A stretch of DNA of 60,520 nt from an uncultured virus (IMG/VR IMGVR_UViG_3300036406_001455) (lineage: Duplodnaviria; Heunggongvirae; Uroviricota; Caudoviricetes). Made by a program: the position numbers and the translations under genes. Shown here one piece after another: positions 9,289-18,951 of this stretch. Each line of letters begins with the position of its first letter. The stretch's first letter is position 1. The stretch lies in the IMG/VR virus record IMGVR_UViG_3300036406_001455, one strand, 5' to 3'. The notes beneath the pieces were generated by a model that was not told the origin of the DNA, searched no databases, and was given only the letters and a program-made list of their open reading frames with translations.

Positions 9289-9888
9289 CTACTCTGTATT
9301 GCTCGAAGGCGCAACTGCTGTTGAGCAGATTTCTTCGAGGATGCTGTGATAGGCCCGCACCACGTTGGCAAGTTCCGGCGGACTGCCGGCGGTCGTGAAC
9401 ACGGCTTGCAGCTGGGCGTTGGCGGCGGCCACACGCGTGGCCAGCATGGCCATCTGCTGTTGCCTGTAGTCCAGATCGCAGCGCAGCGCAGCGATTGTTG
9501 TCGCCGTCTTTGGCGCGCCGGTCGCCTGCTTCAGCGCGGCCGTCAGCCGGGTGTTCTCCACGGTCAGCAGGCGTACCTGGTCGGCCAGATAAAGGGGGCT
9601 GGGCGAGTCGGGCGCGGGCGCAGGTGCTTGTTCTGTGCTTGGCTCCTCTACCTCCTGCTTCACCGTGTAGATCGTTACGAGCATCAGCCCGTACTCCGTC
9701 TCCTTTACGACCAGACGGTTGCCGTCAGCCATCAGGTACTGCAACTGACCGTGTTTCGTTCGTTGTTTCATCGGTTTCGACGACTTCACCGCATCGCGCA
9801 GCAGGGACTCGGCACCGAAGTACGACAGATCCGGGCGTACCCGTTCCCGGTAACGGTCGACTGCGTGTTCGGTGATGCGAACGCTCAT
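9289..9888 (-). CDS. Hypothetical protein, N-terminal 'TEHAVDRYRER' (RelE-like?) domain plus coiled coil
   Basis: 199-aa ORF; fold guess is tentative. Confidence 0.6.
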   Translation of the reverse strand: MSVRITEHAVDRYRERVRPDLSYFGAESLLRDAVKSSKPMKQRTKHGQLQYLMADGNRLVVKETEYGLMLVTIYTVKQEVEEPSTEQAPAPAPDSPSPLYLADQVRLLTVENTRLTAALKQATGAPKTATTIAALRCDLDYRQQQMAMLATRVAAANAQLQAVFTTAGSPPELANVVRAYHSILEEICSTAVAPSSNTE

Positions 9889-9916
9889 CGACGTGCACCT
9901 ATGTCGCGCATCGCAA

Positions 9917-11827
9917 TCATCCTTGCAGCCCTCCGGCCATCAGCTTTTCGAACACGGAGTCGAGCAGTTCTGGATCGTCCAAACCGCCCAGCTTGTCGGC
10001 CATGTCACGTAGCTCGGGCGCATCCATGAAGCGTTCCAACGGTCCGAGCTTTCGGATCAGGCGCGACACTTCTTTGTCATCAGCGCTTCCCTCGGCCACC
10101 GGTACCCACACGATGGGCGACCGCCCGCCCAAGCGGTCGAAACGGCCCAACCACTGCAGCCACCAGCCGGGCTTTTCTGGGAGCTGCGCGATGACCGCGA
10201 GATCCGAGTGCTGCATGCCGTCTTTGCTGGTACCTATGCTGTGGCCTGTGCCGATGATGTAGCAAGGCCCCGGGTGCTCGGCGTAGGTGTCGATGATTCG
10301 ATCCCGCTCCTTCTCACTGACATGCCCGGTGGCCAGCCACCCCTGCACCCCACCGAACGACGCTTGCCACTGTTCGAACCACTTCTCGGCCATTGCGATG
10401 CGGGACAGCAGTACAACGACCTTGCCGCCGGTGCTCAAGAACTCCTTGGCGCGCTCCCTGACCACAACACGCTTGGTGGAGCACGCCATGGCCAGCTCCG
10501 CCTCTTTGAGCAGCATCCGAGCCTCCATGCCTCGGAAGTCGGTGCGCCCGGCGTCTTTGGCAAGGCGCTTCATCTCGGCCACAAAGGCGTCCGGCGCGTT
10601 GATCTGGTGAGGCTTCAGGTACTCCACTTCGAGGCGCATCGGCGGCAAGCTCGCATGGGTTTCGGCCCGCGAAACATCGAGCATGAACATGGAGCAGCGC
10701 GCTTTCAGCTCCTCCATGTTTGACGTGCCGCCGTCGTCCATGTAGCCTGCCGCGTTCTTGCTCAGGTTGCAATAACGCTGGCGGTAGGAGCCGTAACGGC
10801 CAAAGGTGCCGGGGGCCAGAAGATCGAGAGGCGCCCATAGTCGGCGTGGGCGCCCATCGTCCAAGGGTGTACCCGTCATCACGATGCGCCGCCGGATCGA
10901 GAGCAATCGAGACAGGTCCATCGCGGCTACAGAGCGTTTTGCGTTGCCTTTGTCGGTGGTCAGTCGTTCGAAACGCTCGCCCCCGCCTTGCTCCATGACC
11001 ATCGACCATCGTTGGTGATCTCCGAGGTCGTGTACTTCGTCAATCACCAGTGTTGTTGGCTGAAATGTGCCGATTTCATCCATGTAATCGGTGAGGGCTT
11101 CCATGCCCACCACCACGAACGCCCGCTCGCCGCACTCGCGCATGCGCGCCACGTACGCCGCCACGCCCTCGTAGTCGTCGGGGCGCTCACTTCGTGGCAA
11201 CACGACGTGCGATTCCAGCAACGTGAACTTCTCCAAGGATGAGCGCTTGCGCCCAGGCTCGGTGCGCCATTCCTTGCGCGCCTTACTGGGGCACAGCACC
11301 ACCACATCACCCGGGTGCGCCAGTGCAGCCGCGGTTGCGCCGAACGTTTTGCCGCCGCCCGGGGCAATCCGGATGAACATCCATGGGAGGACAGATGCCA
11401 TGCCGGCACATGCCAGCTGGTACCAGGTGATCTTGGCGAGAGCTTCGGGGCGCATCTCCTCGCGCGCTACCGCCTCGGTGACAACAGCGCGCCCCAGCTC
11501 TACAAGGCGTTCACGCGAAGCGTAAGCATTGGCGTGCATGGTGGGGTCTGAGTACGTGGCACCCAGCACCGGGACTTCCTGGGGCACGCGCCAGGCAGAG
11601 TGGTAGGAGATGCGCACTTGGAAGTGCTGAATCTCCGGCCAGCGCCCGATGTCAACCTTCTCTGCACGAAACCATCGGCCCAGCCAGAAGTCCACCTCGG
11701 CACCGGGAACCACGTCCTCAAGCACCGGGTGCGGCTTCTGCGGCACGCGCCCGTGAATGTCCAGCGCCGGGCGTGTAAGTAGCTCGTGAGGGCCTACACG
11801 AAACGTTGCGATGGGACCGAGCAGCAT
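9917..11827 (-). CDS. SNF2-like superfamily 2 helicase
   Basis: PGGGKT (I), DEVH (II), TGTP (III), QWLGRFDRLG (VI). Confidence 0.9.
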   Translation of the reverse strand: MLLGPIATFRVGPHELLTRPALDIHGRVPQKPHPVLEDVVPGAEVDFWLGRWFRAEKVDIGRWPEIQHFQVRISYHSAWRVPQEVPVLGATYSDPTMHANAYASRERLVELGRAVVTEAVAREEMRPEALAKITWYQLACAGMASVLPWMFIRIAPGGGKTFGATAAALAHPGDVVVLCPSKARKEWRTEPGRKRSSLEKFTLLESHVVLPRSERPDDYEGVAAYVARMRECGERAFVVVGMEALTDYMDEIGTFQPTTLVIDEVHDLGDHQRWSMVMEQGGGERFERLTTDKGNAKRSVAAMDLSRLLSIRRRIVMTGTPLDDGRPRRLWAPLDLLAPGTFGRYGSYRQRYCNLSKNAAGYMDDGGTSNMEELKARCSMFMLDVSRAETHASLPPMRLEVEYLKPHQINAPDAFVAEMKRLAKDAGRTDFRGMEARMLLKEAELAMACSTKRVVVRERAKEFLSTGGKVVVLLSRIAMAEKWFEQWQASFGGVQGWLATGHVSEKERDRIIDTYAEHPGPCYIIGTGHSIGTSKDGMQHSDLAVIAQLPEKPGWWLQWLGRFDRLGGRSPIVWVPVAEGSADDKEVSRLIRKLGPLERFMDAPELRDMADKLGGLDDPELLDSVFEKLMAGGLQG

Positions 11828-11911
11828 GCACCCGGCGTAACCTAACCCGGCTTTAGCTGCAAGCGGGGTAACACCGAAACGTTTAGCAACCGCGGAGCGC
11901 CAAAAGGTTGA

Positions 11912-11934
11912 CCTCCGGAGATTATCTCCGGAGG
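11912..11934. repeat. Perfect 11-bp inverted repeat CCTCCGGAGAT-T-ATCTCCGGAGG (hairpin, terminator or operator)
   Basis: Directly visible; imperfect stem extends to about 11900-11943. Confidence 0.85.
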
Positions 11935-11971
11935 CCCCTTTGGGTACGACGACAGCACCCGGCTGATGGAC

Positions 11972-12000
11972 AGGCTATCGGGGCTGCGGCTCGCTGTCAA
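11972..12000 (-). promoter_or_regulatory. Sigma70-like promoter TTGACA-N17-TAGCCT
   Basis: Consensus -35 and 17-nt spacer, upstream of the hairpin and helicase. Confidence 0.6.
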
Positions 12001-12168
12001 GGCGTCAACGCGCGGCTATACCGACAGCCGCGTGCTCAATAAGCACGACTGGCGCCCGTGTCGTATAACGACTGGTAACGGGTCTGATCCGCGTCCAGGC
12101 TCGTGACTGCGCCCGCACCATAGGTCACTCACCTTGGAGCAGGATCAGCCACTATAGCCGCGCACCTG

Positions 12169-12363
12169 CTATCGGCGCGCCTCCCGGATGCCCATGCGCT
12201 CCGCGGCGTCCGCCATGTCCCAGCGGCTGGCCCGAATGTAGAAGGTCGAGCGGTCCGTCCGAACCATGTAGAGATCAGGTTCGATCTCCACGTAGTTGCG
12301 CGCCTTGCTCAGCATGCCGCGGTTGAGGGCCACGTGAAAGTCGATCGTAGAGAGGGAAGCCAT
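12169..12363 (-). CDS. Hypothetical protein
   Basis: 64-aa ORF co-oriented with neighbours. Confidence 0.5.
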   Translation of the reverse strand: MASLSTIDFHVALNRGMLSKARNYVEIEPDLYMVRTDRSTFYIRASRWDMADAAERMGIREARR

Positions 12364-12387
12364 GAAGTATCCGGGTGCATGGCGATG

Positions 12388-13179
12388 TTAGCCCACATCT
12401 TCGGGATCGCCAAGGCCAATAGGCGCAGGTTTTTGCAAAACTACTGCCGGGGGCGGCGGAGGCGCAGCGAACACCGGGGCCGTAGGCACCCCCGGGGGCG
12501 GGGCCGCGCTGTACGGCGGCGGGGAGACGAACGGGCTGCCCATCGCGTCCTCGTGAGGCCAGTAGTCTTGGTCCTCTGGCTCTGGGAACAGCACAGGCAA
12601 AGACCCCCGAGCCGCTAGCCGTACCCACTTGGGAACCGACGCCCGGCACGCGGCGACTACCACCGGGTCCGAAGGCTCCACGGCCTTCTGAACCACTGCA
12701 TACCGCCGAAGCACGAGCCACCCGGCGACATCCCGCGGGGTCGTCACTGGGTGCGTGGCGCCATCCGGGGTCAGATACGAGAGGCGCCGCTGTGAGCGGA
12801 ACCAGCTCACATGGCGCCAGCGAAGTGCCATCAGCAGCTCTGGGGCCAGCCCCAGGAACCCGACGGCTGACTGCATGCGCTCGTGGTCCACGGTGGAGAC
12901 GGGCGTGGCTCGCCGCGTGCGCTGAATGTCGGGCACAGTGCAGCCCCGTGTGGCCTGGTAGGTCGCGTAGTGCCGCCACGCGGACTTGAACTTCAGCACG
13001 CGACCCGAGCTGATGGACTGCATGTGATGCAGCAACGCCGTGGCGTCTACCTCGCCAGGGCGGGGGGCTGCCGCTTGTAGTGCTTGGTCGACCTCGTAGA
13101 CGTACTGGTAGGCCGTGAGTGAACTGAGCCCCATGTCGGTCGTGAGCCAGTCGAGGAAGAGCTTGAGGGTGGATGCCAT
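12388..13179 (-). CDS. Tyrosine-recombinase-like protein, apparently non-catalytic
   Basis: FLDWL..MGLSSLTAYQY (core-binding/SAM-like N-terminus); GLAPELLMALRWRHV resembles box I without Arg; no HxxR or Tyr box; Pro-rich tail. Confidence 0.55.
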   Translation of the reverse strand: MASTLKLFLDWLTTDMGLSSLTAYQYVYEVDQALQAAAPRPGEVDATALLHHMQSISSGRVLKFKSAWRHYATYQATRGCTVPDIQRTRRATPVSTVDHERMQSAVGFLGLAPELLMALRWRHVSWFRSQRRLSYLTPDGATHPVTTPRDVAGWLVLRRYAVVQKAVEPSDPVVVAACRASVPKWVRLAARGSLPVLFPEPEDQDYWPHEDAMGSPFVSPPPYSAAPPPGVPTAPVFAAPPPPPAVVLQKPAPIGLGDPEDVG

Positions 13180-13199
13180 GCCGAGAGTCTAACATGTTC

Positions 13200-13530
13200 C
13201 CGTAGAGGATGGAGCGACAATGCGAAGTATCGCTAACTACACAGGAAGAACGAGCATAGCTAAGATCATACAGGATTGCAATACCAGCAATACATGAGTG
13301 TATGTATATACGATACGAAGGAGAAGGGTGTTACGAGTCTTAGGTAAGTTATGTAGTTACATAGTAACATAGTATATGTATTACTCTATATTACTTACCC
13401 CCTACGCGCGCGAGAAAGTCTACGAATACAGCAAGAAGTATCATACACTTTGAATACAAGCCGTTACAATACAGCCTTTGTACGCTCTACAATACAGTAT
13501 GTATAGCCTTACAATACAGGCGATACCCTA
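13200..13530. other. AT-rich non-coding region, candidate replication origin with iterons
   Basis: Sharp GC drop; TACAATACAG at 13465, 13488, 13510; GGTAAGT/ACTTACC inverted pair 13343-13399; next to the DUF3987-like gene. Confidence 0.6.
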
Positions 13531-13630
13531 CGCGGGGCCGCACAAACACCCATCACGCGACGCCTCGGATCGTCGCCCCCAAGGTGCGCGACGCTCGTGT
13601 TCGCCGTCCGACTACCGCCTTATGCAGCGC

Positions 13631-14890
13631 CTACGCTTCACCCAGCATGGGCGGTGGCGGCAGGTGCACGATGGTGTTGTCGTACACCATGGGCTGTCCG
13701 TGGACCTGCTTGAAGAACACGGTGCTGTTCTGCGAGGAGCGTGCGACTTTGCCTTCTTCTTCCAGCGTTTCAAGGTGCTGTACGACCTTTCGTTTCCCCA
13801 AGTGTGAATCGTGTGTGATCTTGCCAAGCGCAGTCCAATCGTCTCGAATCGCCGACAACACCAAGTTGATCTCGCGCCGCTCATTGGTTCGCGGCACCGC
13901 CCCAAGTAGTGCACGGCAAGACGTGGTGTGCAGCAGCGCAGCGCCGAGACCTGCGTAGATGTCGGAAGCCTCGATGTGCCAAACGGGGGCGCAAGGCGCG
14001 CCTCGCGCCCAGGCTGCAATGACAGCTATACGCATCGCGAGCATGGGGGTTCGGGCCGCTGTGTCGCGCTCAATCGTGCTCAGCGTGGCTTCAACCTTGT
14101 TCCAGTCGCTGCGCCACGTGCGCCACATCGCGTAAGCATCTGGGCTCATGCCGTTGCACGCACCAATAGGGCGTTCTCGCGACCCTGAGAGCCAGTCAAC
14201 AAGCCACGTTTGCAACGTGGTATCTTGTTCCCGCTGCCAGTTTTCGTTGTAGGCGGGGGCCTCTGCGTGAGCCACAAGGAATCGGTTGAGGAAGCCACCA
14301 GAGAAATCGTCCTGCGTGGTGTGCGTGGCGATGTGCGCGGGGGCGCACGCAGCAAACAACGACAGCCGAGGATCGGTAACAGTAAACTTTCCGCTGCGTA
14401 GCCCGCTGGTTTCGTAGCTTTCGCAATCGAACGCATCAATCATTGCGACCCGCAGCCTGGTACCCATGCCGTCGGTCCCCGACGTGGCTGCAAGGAAGGT
14501 GCTGAACTCCGGATAGGAGATGACCGCATGCGGCTGCTCGCTCAGGCCCTTATGCAACGATTCAGCACTGGCAGGGCGAGGGGAACAGTATTCTTGCAAC
14601 GCGGAAGCTCGTAGTAGCCGCATAGCCACGTTCTGTGACTGCGTTTTCCAGCTACCTGTTGATCCAACAACCAGGCCGTAGATTGGCGCATGCGTGTCCG
14701 CCACGAAGCCTGTGCCGCGACCGACTAGCGCGGTGGGCGCCGACGCGCCGCACAGCACCAGTGCGTTGATGGCGTGCACGCTGAAGTGTGCGGGGGTCTG
14801 GGTTCGCGCGTAGTCAAGGTAGACACGTAGAAAGCTATGGCTCGGCTGGGCCTGTACCCAATCCCATACCTCGTTGTCGCCCGACACCAT
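13631..14890 (-). CDS. DUF3987/YfjI-like P-loop (replicative helicase-like) protein with C-terminal winged HTH
   Basis: VGSTGSWKT Walker A, SAESL, YPEF, LSLFAAC.P, GFLNRFL; start uncertain (14890-14971). Confidence 0.75.
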   Translation of the reverse strand: MVSGDNEVWDWVQAQPSHSFLRVYLDYARTQTPAHFSVHAINALVLCGASAPTALVGRGTGFVADTHAPIYGLVVGSTGSWKTQSQNVAMRLLRASALQEYCSPRPASAESLHKGLSEQPHAVISYPEFSTFLAATSGTDGMGTRLRVAMIDAFDCESYETSGLRSGKFTVTDPRLSLFAACAPAHIATHTTQDDFSGGFLNRFLVAHAEAPAYNENWQREQDTTLQTWLVDWLSGSRERPIGACNGMSPDAYAMWRTWRSDWNKVEATLSTIERDTAARTPMLAMRIAVIAAWARGAPCAPVWHIEASDIYAGLGAALLHTTSCRALLGAVPRTNERREINLVLSAIRDDWTALGKITHDSHLGKRKVVQHLETLEEEGKVARSSQNSTVFFKQVHGQPMVYDNTIVHLPPPPMLGEA

Positions 14891-15099
14891 CGGGGTCAAC
14901 AGCCGCTCTCTCCCGTACCAGGATGGCGTCATGCAGCAGCGACGGGGCGTGAGGCACCCGTGCGCCCACAACTGGCGCGCATCAACACCCGCATCACGGT
15001 AGCCTCTCGTCGTTCCTACGCGCCTATCGTGGCTGAGTCATGGGGTCAAGGCCCGGTTACCGATGTAAGCCGTGCCCCGCGGTTTCCCACCCGGGAAAC

Positions 15100-15621
15100 C
15101 TACGTGTTCGCCGGGGGTGCGGGCGGATTCAACCGCCGCATCAGGTCATCGAAGTTGAACCCCGGGCCTGGGTCCATGTGGGTCGCGCCGGGCACCTCGG
15201 AATGCCCAACGATGTGCACCCGGTCGCGCGGGATGTTGTAGGTGGCGCAGAGCGCCCGAATGACGCGGACCAGGGCGAGCATCAGCGCCTCGGGCCAGTC
15301 GTTCGTGGGGAAGCGCGCCTTGCCGGCCCAAGGCCGAACGCGAACTTCGCACTCGATACCCAGGCTACGATCGTTCCAGCCCGATTCCACCGGCGAGCCG
15401 GCGTGCAGCGCCTTTCGGTCGTCGGGCACCATCTGAACTACGTCGCCATTGCGCCCGATGAGGTAGTGGGCGGCGGTTGGCACATCGCGGCCAGACTTCT
15501 TGAACCATGCCTCGGTGCCTGCCAGTGTACCGTCCATGGCATGGATCACGATTCGGTCGATAGCGTACTTCTTGTTGCGCGTCTTGATGGTGTCAGCCGC
15601 AGCTTGGGAAAATCGGTTCAT
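15100..15621 (-). CDS. N-acetylmuramoyl-L-alanine amidase (Amidase_2), endolysin-like
   Basis: IVIH, AHYLI, LHAG, N..SLGIE, GHSEV, DPGP. Confidence 0.9.
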   Translation of the reverse strand: MNRFSQAAADTIKTRNKKYAIDRIVIHAMDGTLAGTEAWFKKSGRDVPTAAHYLIGRNGDVVQMVPDDRKALHAGSPVESGWNDRSLGIECEVRVRPWAGKARFPTNDWPEALMLALVRVIRALCATYNIPRDRVHIVGHSEVPGATHMDPGPGFNFDDLMRRLNPPAPPANT

Positions 15622-15682
15622 GGCGTAGCCTGTAGCACGGGTGCCGGATTACGGGTAGGCTAAGGCTTGAAAGGATGGACCG

Positions 15683-16012
15683 ATGACGAAACTCGATGCA
15701 GCAAACTTCCTACTTCGCGTCACGCTGAAGGGCATCAAGGGGCATGACACCCGGAATGGCTACGCGTGGAGCGCCACTATCTGCTTGGATCGCAAGCCGG
15801 TCGGCACACTGGAGCAGTCGGGCGACGGGGGCTCGAACCGCTACTACAGCACCGGGGACTCCACGAGCTTCCATTCCTTTCTGAAGGAGTTCGCCACCGC
15901 AGCGCAGGCGCTGGGCATGCGCTCCAGGGAGACGGCCGACGAGGTGTTTGCCTACATGACCCCCGGCATGTCGGCATTCGAAGCTGTACGGATGGCTATC
16001 GACGAACAGTAA
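15683..16012 (+). CDS. Hypothetical phage protein
   Basis: First gene of the rightward block; GDGGSNRY motif. Confidence 0.7.
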   Translation: MTKLDAANFLLRVTLKGIKGHDTRNGYAWSATICLDRKPVGTLEQSGDGGSNRYYSTGDSTSFHSFLKEFATAAQALGMRSRETADEVFAYMTPGMSAFEAVRMAIDEQ

Positions 16013-16034
16013 ACATACGGTATCGAGGCGGCTC

Positions 16035-16063
16035 TTGCCAATGGCGCATTGCCGGGTTAGCAA
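16035..16063 (+). promoter_or_regulatory. Representative of a recurrent promoter class TTGCnn-N17(ending GCCGGGT)-TA
   Basis: TTGCCA-N17-TAGCAA, 6 nt before ATG 16070; same motif recurs before at least 5 other genes. Confidence 0.6.
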
Positions 16064-16069
16064 AGCCCC

Positions 16070-16342
16070 ATGAACGTACCCACGCAGAACCCGGCGGTGT
16101 TGACCGACGCCGAGTTCGATGTCGCAGTTGCCGCGTTGCCCATTCGAGAGCGCATGCGGTTGACGCGGCACAACGCGGTGCTACGCGTGGGCACGGGCAC
16201 CGCCCGTCAGACAGTAGGTGAAGCCGCTGCTGAGCGCGCCCGCATCGTTGATGCCATTCGTGCCCATTGCGGGGCTGCCGATACGGTCCGCGCCAACCAC
16301 GCACGGAAGCTCGCACATATGATCGAAACTGGGGCGCTGTAG
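16070..16342 (+). CDS. Hypothetical protein
   Basis: 90 aa, follows the promoter motif. Confidence 0.6.
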   Translation: MNVPTQNPAVLTDAEFDVAVAALPIRERMRLTRHNAVLRVGTGTARQTVGEAAAERARIVDAIRAHCGAADTVRANHARKLAHMIETGAL

Positions 16343-16421
16343 TGGAGCCCCGAGTGTCACCGTGGGCCTACCCGGCGGCGTTTGTTGTCGTCTGCATCGC
16401 GGCCTACTTCTCGGGCAGCAT

Positions 16422-16808
16422 GTGACTCGCAAGCTGCTGACGGTACTGTTTCTGCCGGTTGACGGCGATCCTTATGGGTTGCTGACTTCAGGTGTGGGTT
16501 GCACGCGCCCACCGACATGGAGCGTGCGGCAGCATGGGGATCGAACCTGGTGCCGCGATCAAAATTGCACCATGGCCCACATGATGTTTTACTCGCGAGG
16601 CGCGCTCATCTTGCTGTGGCAGGGTACAGCAGTACCCGAGGGTTGCGACCGCGCTACGCGGGTGTTGTTGGCCGCGGGGTGCTCTGCCTTCGTGCTTCAC
16701 GAGAAGTACAGCGCGGCCGGAGCAGAAGCGCTTACCCGTGCGTGCGCCGAAAGGCTTGGCGGCGAAGTGTTCATCGAAACAAGCGAACCGGAGGCTTCGG
16801 ATGGGTAA
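16422..16808 (+). CDS. Hypothetical protein, paralog of 18015-18428
   Basis: TVLFLPVDGDPYGLL...RPP. Confidence 0.6.
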   Translation: MTRKLLTVLFLPVDGDPYGLLTSGVGCTRPPTWSVRQHGDRTWCRDQNCTMAHMMFYSRGALILLWQGTAVPEGCDRATRVLLAAGCSAFVLHEKYSAAGAEALTRACAERLGGEVFIETSEPEASDG

Positions 16809-16910
16809 CCCAGGCGGCTATTCAGGTATGGCGGATTTCAGCGGTTGCTGGAAGCTCGTAGTGGGGAGCATCGTGCTGGTCGTCCTCGCGTTCGCCTGTG
16901 GGTTGTGGTG

Positions 16911-17402
16911 GTGATCCCAGACTGGCTCGTAGCGTGGTTGCATGGCAACGACCATGGGCTGAGCAGCCGTTTTCTGGCCTCGTGCATGCTCGACAACGCA
17001 ACGCTGCGGCAAGTTACAGAGGAAGCCGCGCCACGCGATACGGCTGATGTGGGTCGGTGCGTGCGCCTCCTCGACCTTGCAATGGCCAACGGTCATGACT
17101 GGCGCGCCGCGATGCCAACGAACGACTTCCTGCTCGCGCAGCGCGGGTGGGTGGCTCTCGTTCCGCGCTGGACTGAAATCGAAGCGGCCTACCACGAGGA
17201 TGTGGCCGCGCAGAACGCATGGAACAAGGCGCACCCTCGACATCGCTATTGGATGCCAGGCACAAGCAAGCGTGCAGCCGCGCACAACGCCGTCCGTACG
17301 TCCTTCCCACCGTCGCGTTGCTGGTGGCTCGTGGCAACGCTTCAAGAGCGCTACGATCCGTACTCGCACGTAACACCGCACCCGTTCATGGCAATATCAT
17401 GA
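16911..17402 (+). CDS. Conserved hypothetical phage protein
   Basis: W..GNDHGLSS...PRDTADVGRCVRLL. Confidence 0.65.
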   Translation: MIPDWLVAWLHGNDHGLSSRFLASCMLDNATLRQVTEEAAPRDTADVGRCVRLLDLAMANGHDWRAAMPTNDFLLAQRGWVALVPRWTEIEAAYHEDVAAQNAWNKAHPRHRYWMPGTSKRAAAHNAVRTSFPPSRCWWLVATLQERYDPYSHVTPHPFMAIS

Positions 17403-17668
17403 CCAAGAAGCCGTACTACAAGCTCGTTGTGGGTTCGAAGCCCTGCACCAGCGTGGACATGCGCTTTGGTTGTGGGCGCATGCGTGTCGAGATTGGCGAC
17501 GCGACTCCAGGGGCCTCGCGCGTGCTTGCCGACCTGTGCGACACGTCTTGGGCTGCGGTGTGCTTGAAGGTGTTCGCGTACTACCAAGCAACACCGGGCG
17601 CCCGCCTTACCGAACCAGCGGATCGCGCGCTTCGCGACGAGATCGCCCGACTCCGTGGTACCCCGTGA
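17399..17668 (+). CDS. Hypothetical protein
   Basis: ATGA-coupled ORF. Confidence 0.55.
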   Translation: MTKKPYYKLVVGSKPCTSVDMRFGCGRMRVEIGDATPGASRVLADLCDTSWAAVCLKVFAYYQATPGARLTEPADRALRDEIARLRGTP

Positions 17669-18018
17669 CAAAACCGCTGACCCCCGCAGATGCACGAAAA
17701 CTGCTTACCGCCCTGCGGGATGCTGAGCACACGGCTCGGCATGATCCCGGGCGGTACAACAGTGGCCATAACGGCAACAGCGCCCACATGCGCGACGCAG
17801 CACGCCAAGCCCTTGCCAGCGCGGCTGAAGGCTTGGCTCTCGGACTCTCGCGAGGCACTGCCCACAAAGACACCGAGGCGTACGACGCCGGCTTTCTTGC
17901 AGGGGTGGAGGCCGCTGCGCAGCTTTGCGAGGCACGCGCAAATACAGGTTACTACCGCGACACTGCGCAACAAGCGCTGGTTGCGGCAGCTGACGCTATT
18001 CGAAGCGTGACGCCATGA
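17665..18018 (+). CDS. Hypothetical protein
   Basis: GTGA-coupled; AYDAGFLAGVEAAAQLCE. Confidence 0.6.
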   Translation: MTKPLTPADARKLLTALRDAEHTARHDPGRYNSGHNGNSAHMRDAARQALASAAEGLALGLSRGTAHKDTEAYDAGFLAGVEAAAQLCEARANTGYYRDTAQQALVAAADAIRSVTP

Positions 18019-18428
18019 ACACAGTTCTTCTCATCCCACCCGTAGGCGATCCGTACGGGCTGCTTGCAGAGGGCAAGTGCGGGGCGCGCCCGCCGCGCGC
18101 ACGCCAGTTCACATGCGCCGTTCACGGGCATTCGCCATGGCTCCCTGTCAAGTGGGAGAGCCCGCACTGCCACGGTGTTGTGCCGGAAACATCGGATCGC
18201 GAGCGGTGTTTCCGAACCGCCACCTACGTCGACGCCCTCGTGATTGCATGGCGCGATGAGCGCCTGCCTGATGGCATTCTGCGTGCGTGGTTCGTGGCTG
18301 ACGACGTAGGCACGGATGGGCTCGCAGCCATGCTGCACGACGCGGATGATGGGCTGGCGGGGCTCGCTTCCGCACTTGCCGCCCTGCGGCGTAACGACGC
18401 GCCACTTGGTACAGTCGTTGCCCTGTGA
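18015..18428 (+). CDS. Hypothetical protein, paralog of 16422-16808
   Basis: TVLLIPPVGDPYGLL...RPP. Confidence 0.6.
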   Translation: MNTVLLIPPVGDPYGLLAEGKCGARPPRARQFTCAVHGHSPWLPVKWESPHCHGVVPETSDRERCFRTATYVDALVIAWRDERLPDGILRAWFVADDVGTDGLAAMLHDADDGLAGLASALAALRRNDAPLGTVVAL

Positions 18429-18474
18429 CCAGGGCCTTTCGATCTCAGTCCCAACACCTAACGAGGAACCCCAC

Positions 18475-18951
18475 ATGCTGATTACCCTTCTACTTACCGC
18501 CAACGCTGGCGACCTTCAGTCCGGTTGGCGCGGCCTGGCCTTTGGCCCCGCCGAAGTGCTTGACGCAAAACCCGGTGACGACTGCGAAGCCAACCCCGAG
18601 GCTGGCGTCCGGTGGCGCTGCAATCGCACGGTCGGGACTGCGACGACGGTTGAATCGTACCTCGTTGACGGCCCGGACTACAAGGCGGTCGCCATCGGCG
18701 CGAAGGGCTACGGCGACTGCGCGGTGCTGCTCGACGCGCTGAACGCCGCGTGGGGGACGTACGAGCCGAAGGAGTACGCGACGGGCCTGCTGGCCGACGG
18801 GTTCTGGGGCATCACGCGACGGGTGTCTGCTTCGTGGTCGTGGAACCGATTTTCGGGGCAGTGCTACGCATTCGTGCTCGACAACGAGCTACAGAAGCGG
18901 TCGCAGGAGCGCGCCCGGGTGAAAGCCGCACAGGCCGCGGAGGCGCTGTGA
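18475..18951 (+). CDS. Putative exported protein
   Basis: GAGG SD; signal-like MLITLLLTANA; GWRGLAFG. Confidence 0.65.
   Translation: MLITLLLTANAGDLQSGWRGLAFGPAEVLDAKPGDDCEANPEAGVRWRCNRTVGTATTVESYLVDGPDYKAVAIGAKGYGDCAVLLDALNAAWGTYEPKEYATGLLADGFWGITRRVSASWSWNRFSGQCYAFVLDNELQKRSQERARVKAAQAAEAL

Noticed and set aside
12388..13179. Functional integrase or prophage boundary
   Set aside because: Catalytic residues are not evident, and I see no att-like repeat or host genes.
13478..13807. Plus-strand 109-aa ORF over the iterons
   Set aside because: TTG start inside the repeat tract and overlap with the DUF3987-like gene on the opposite strand.
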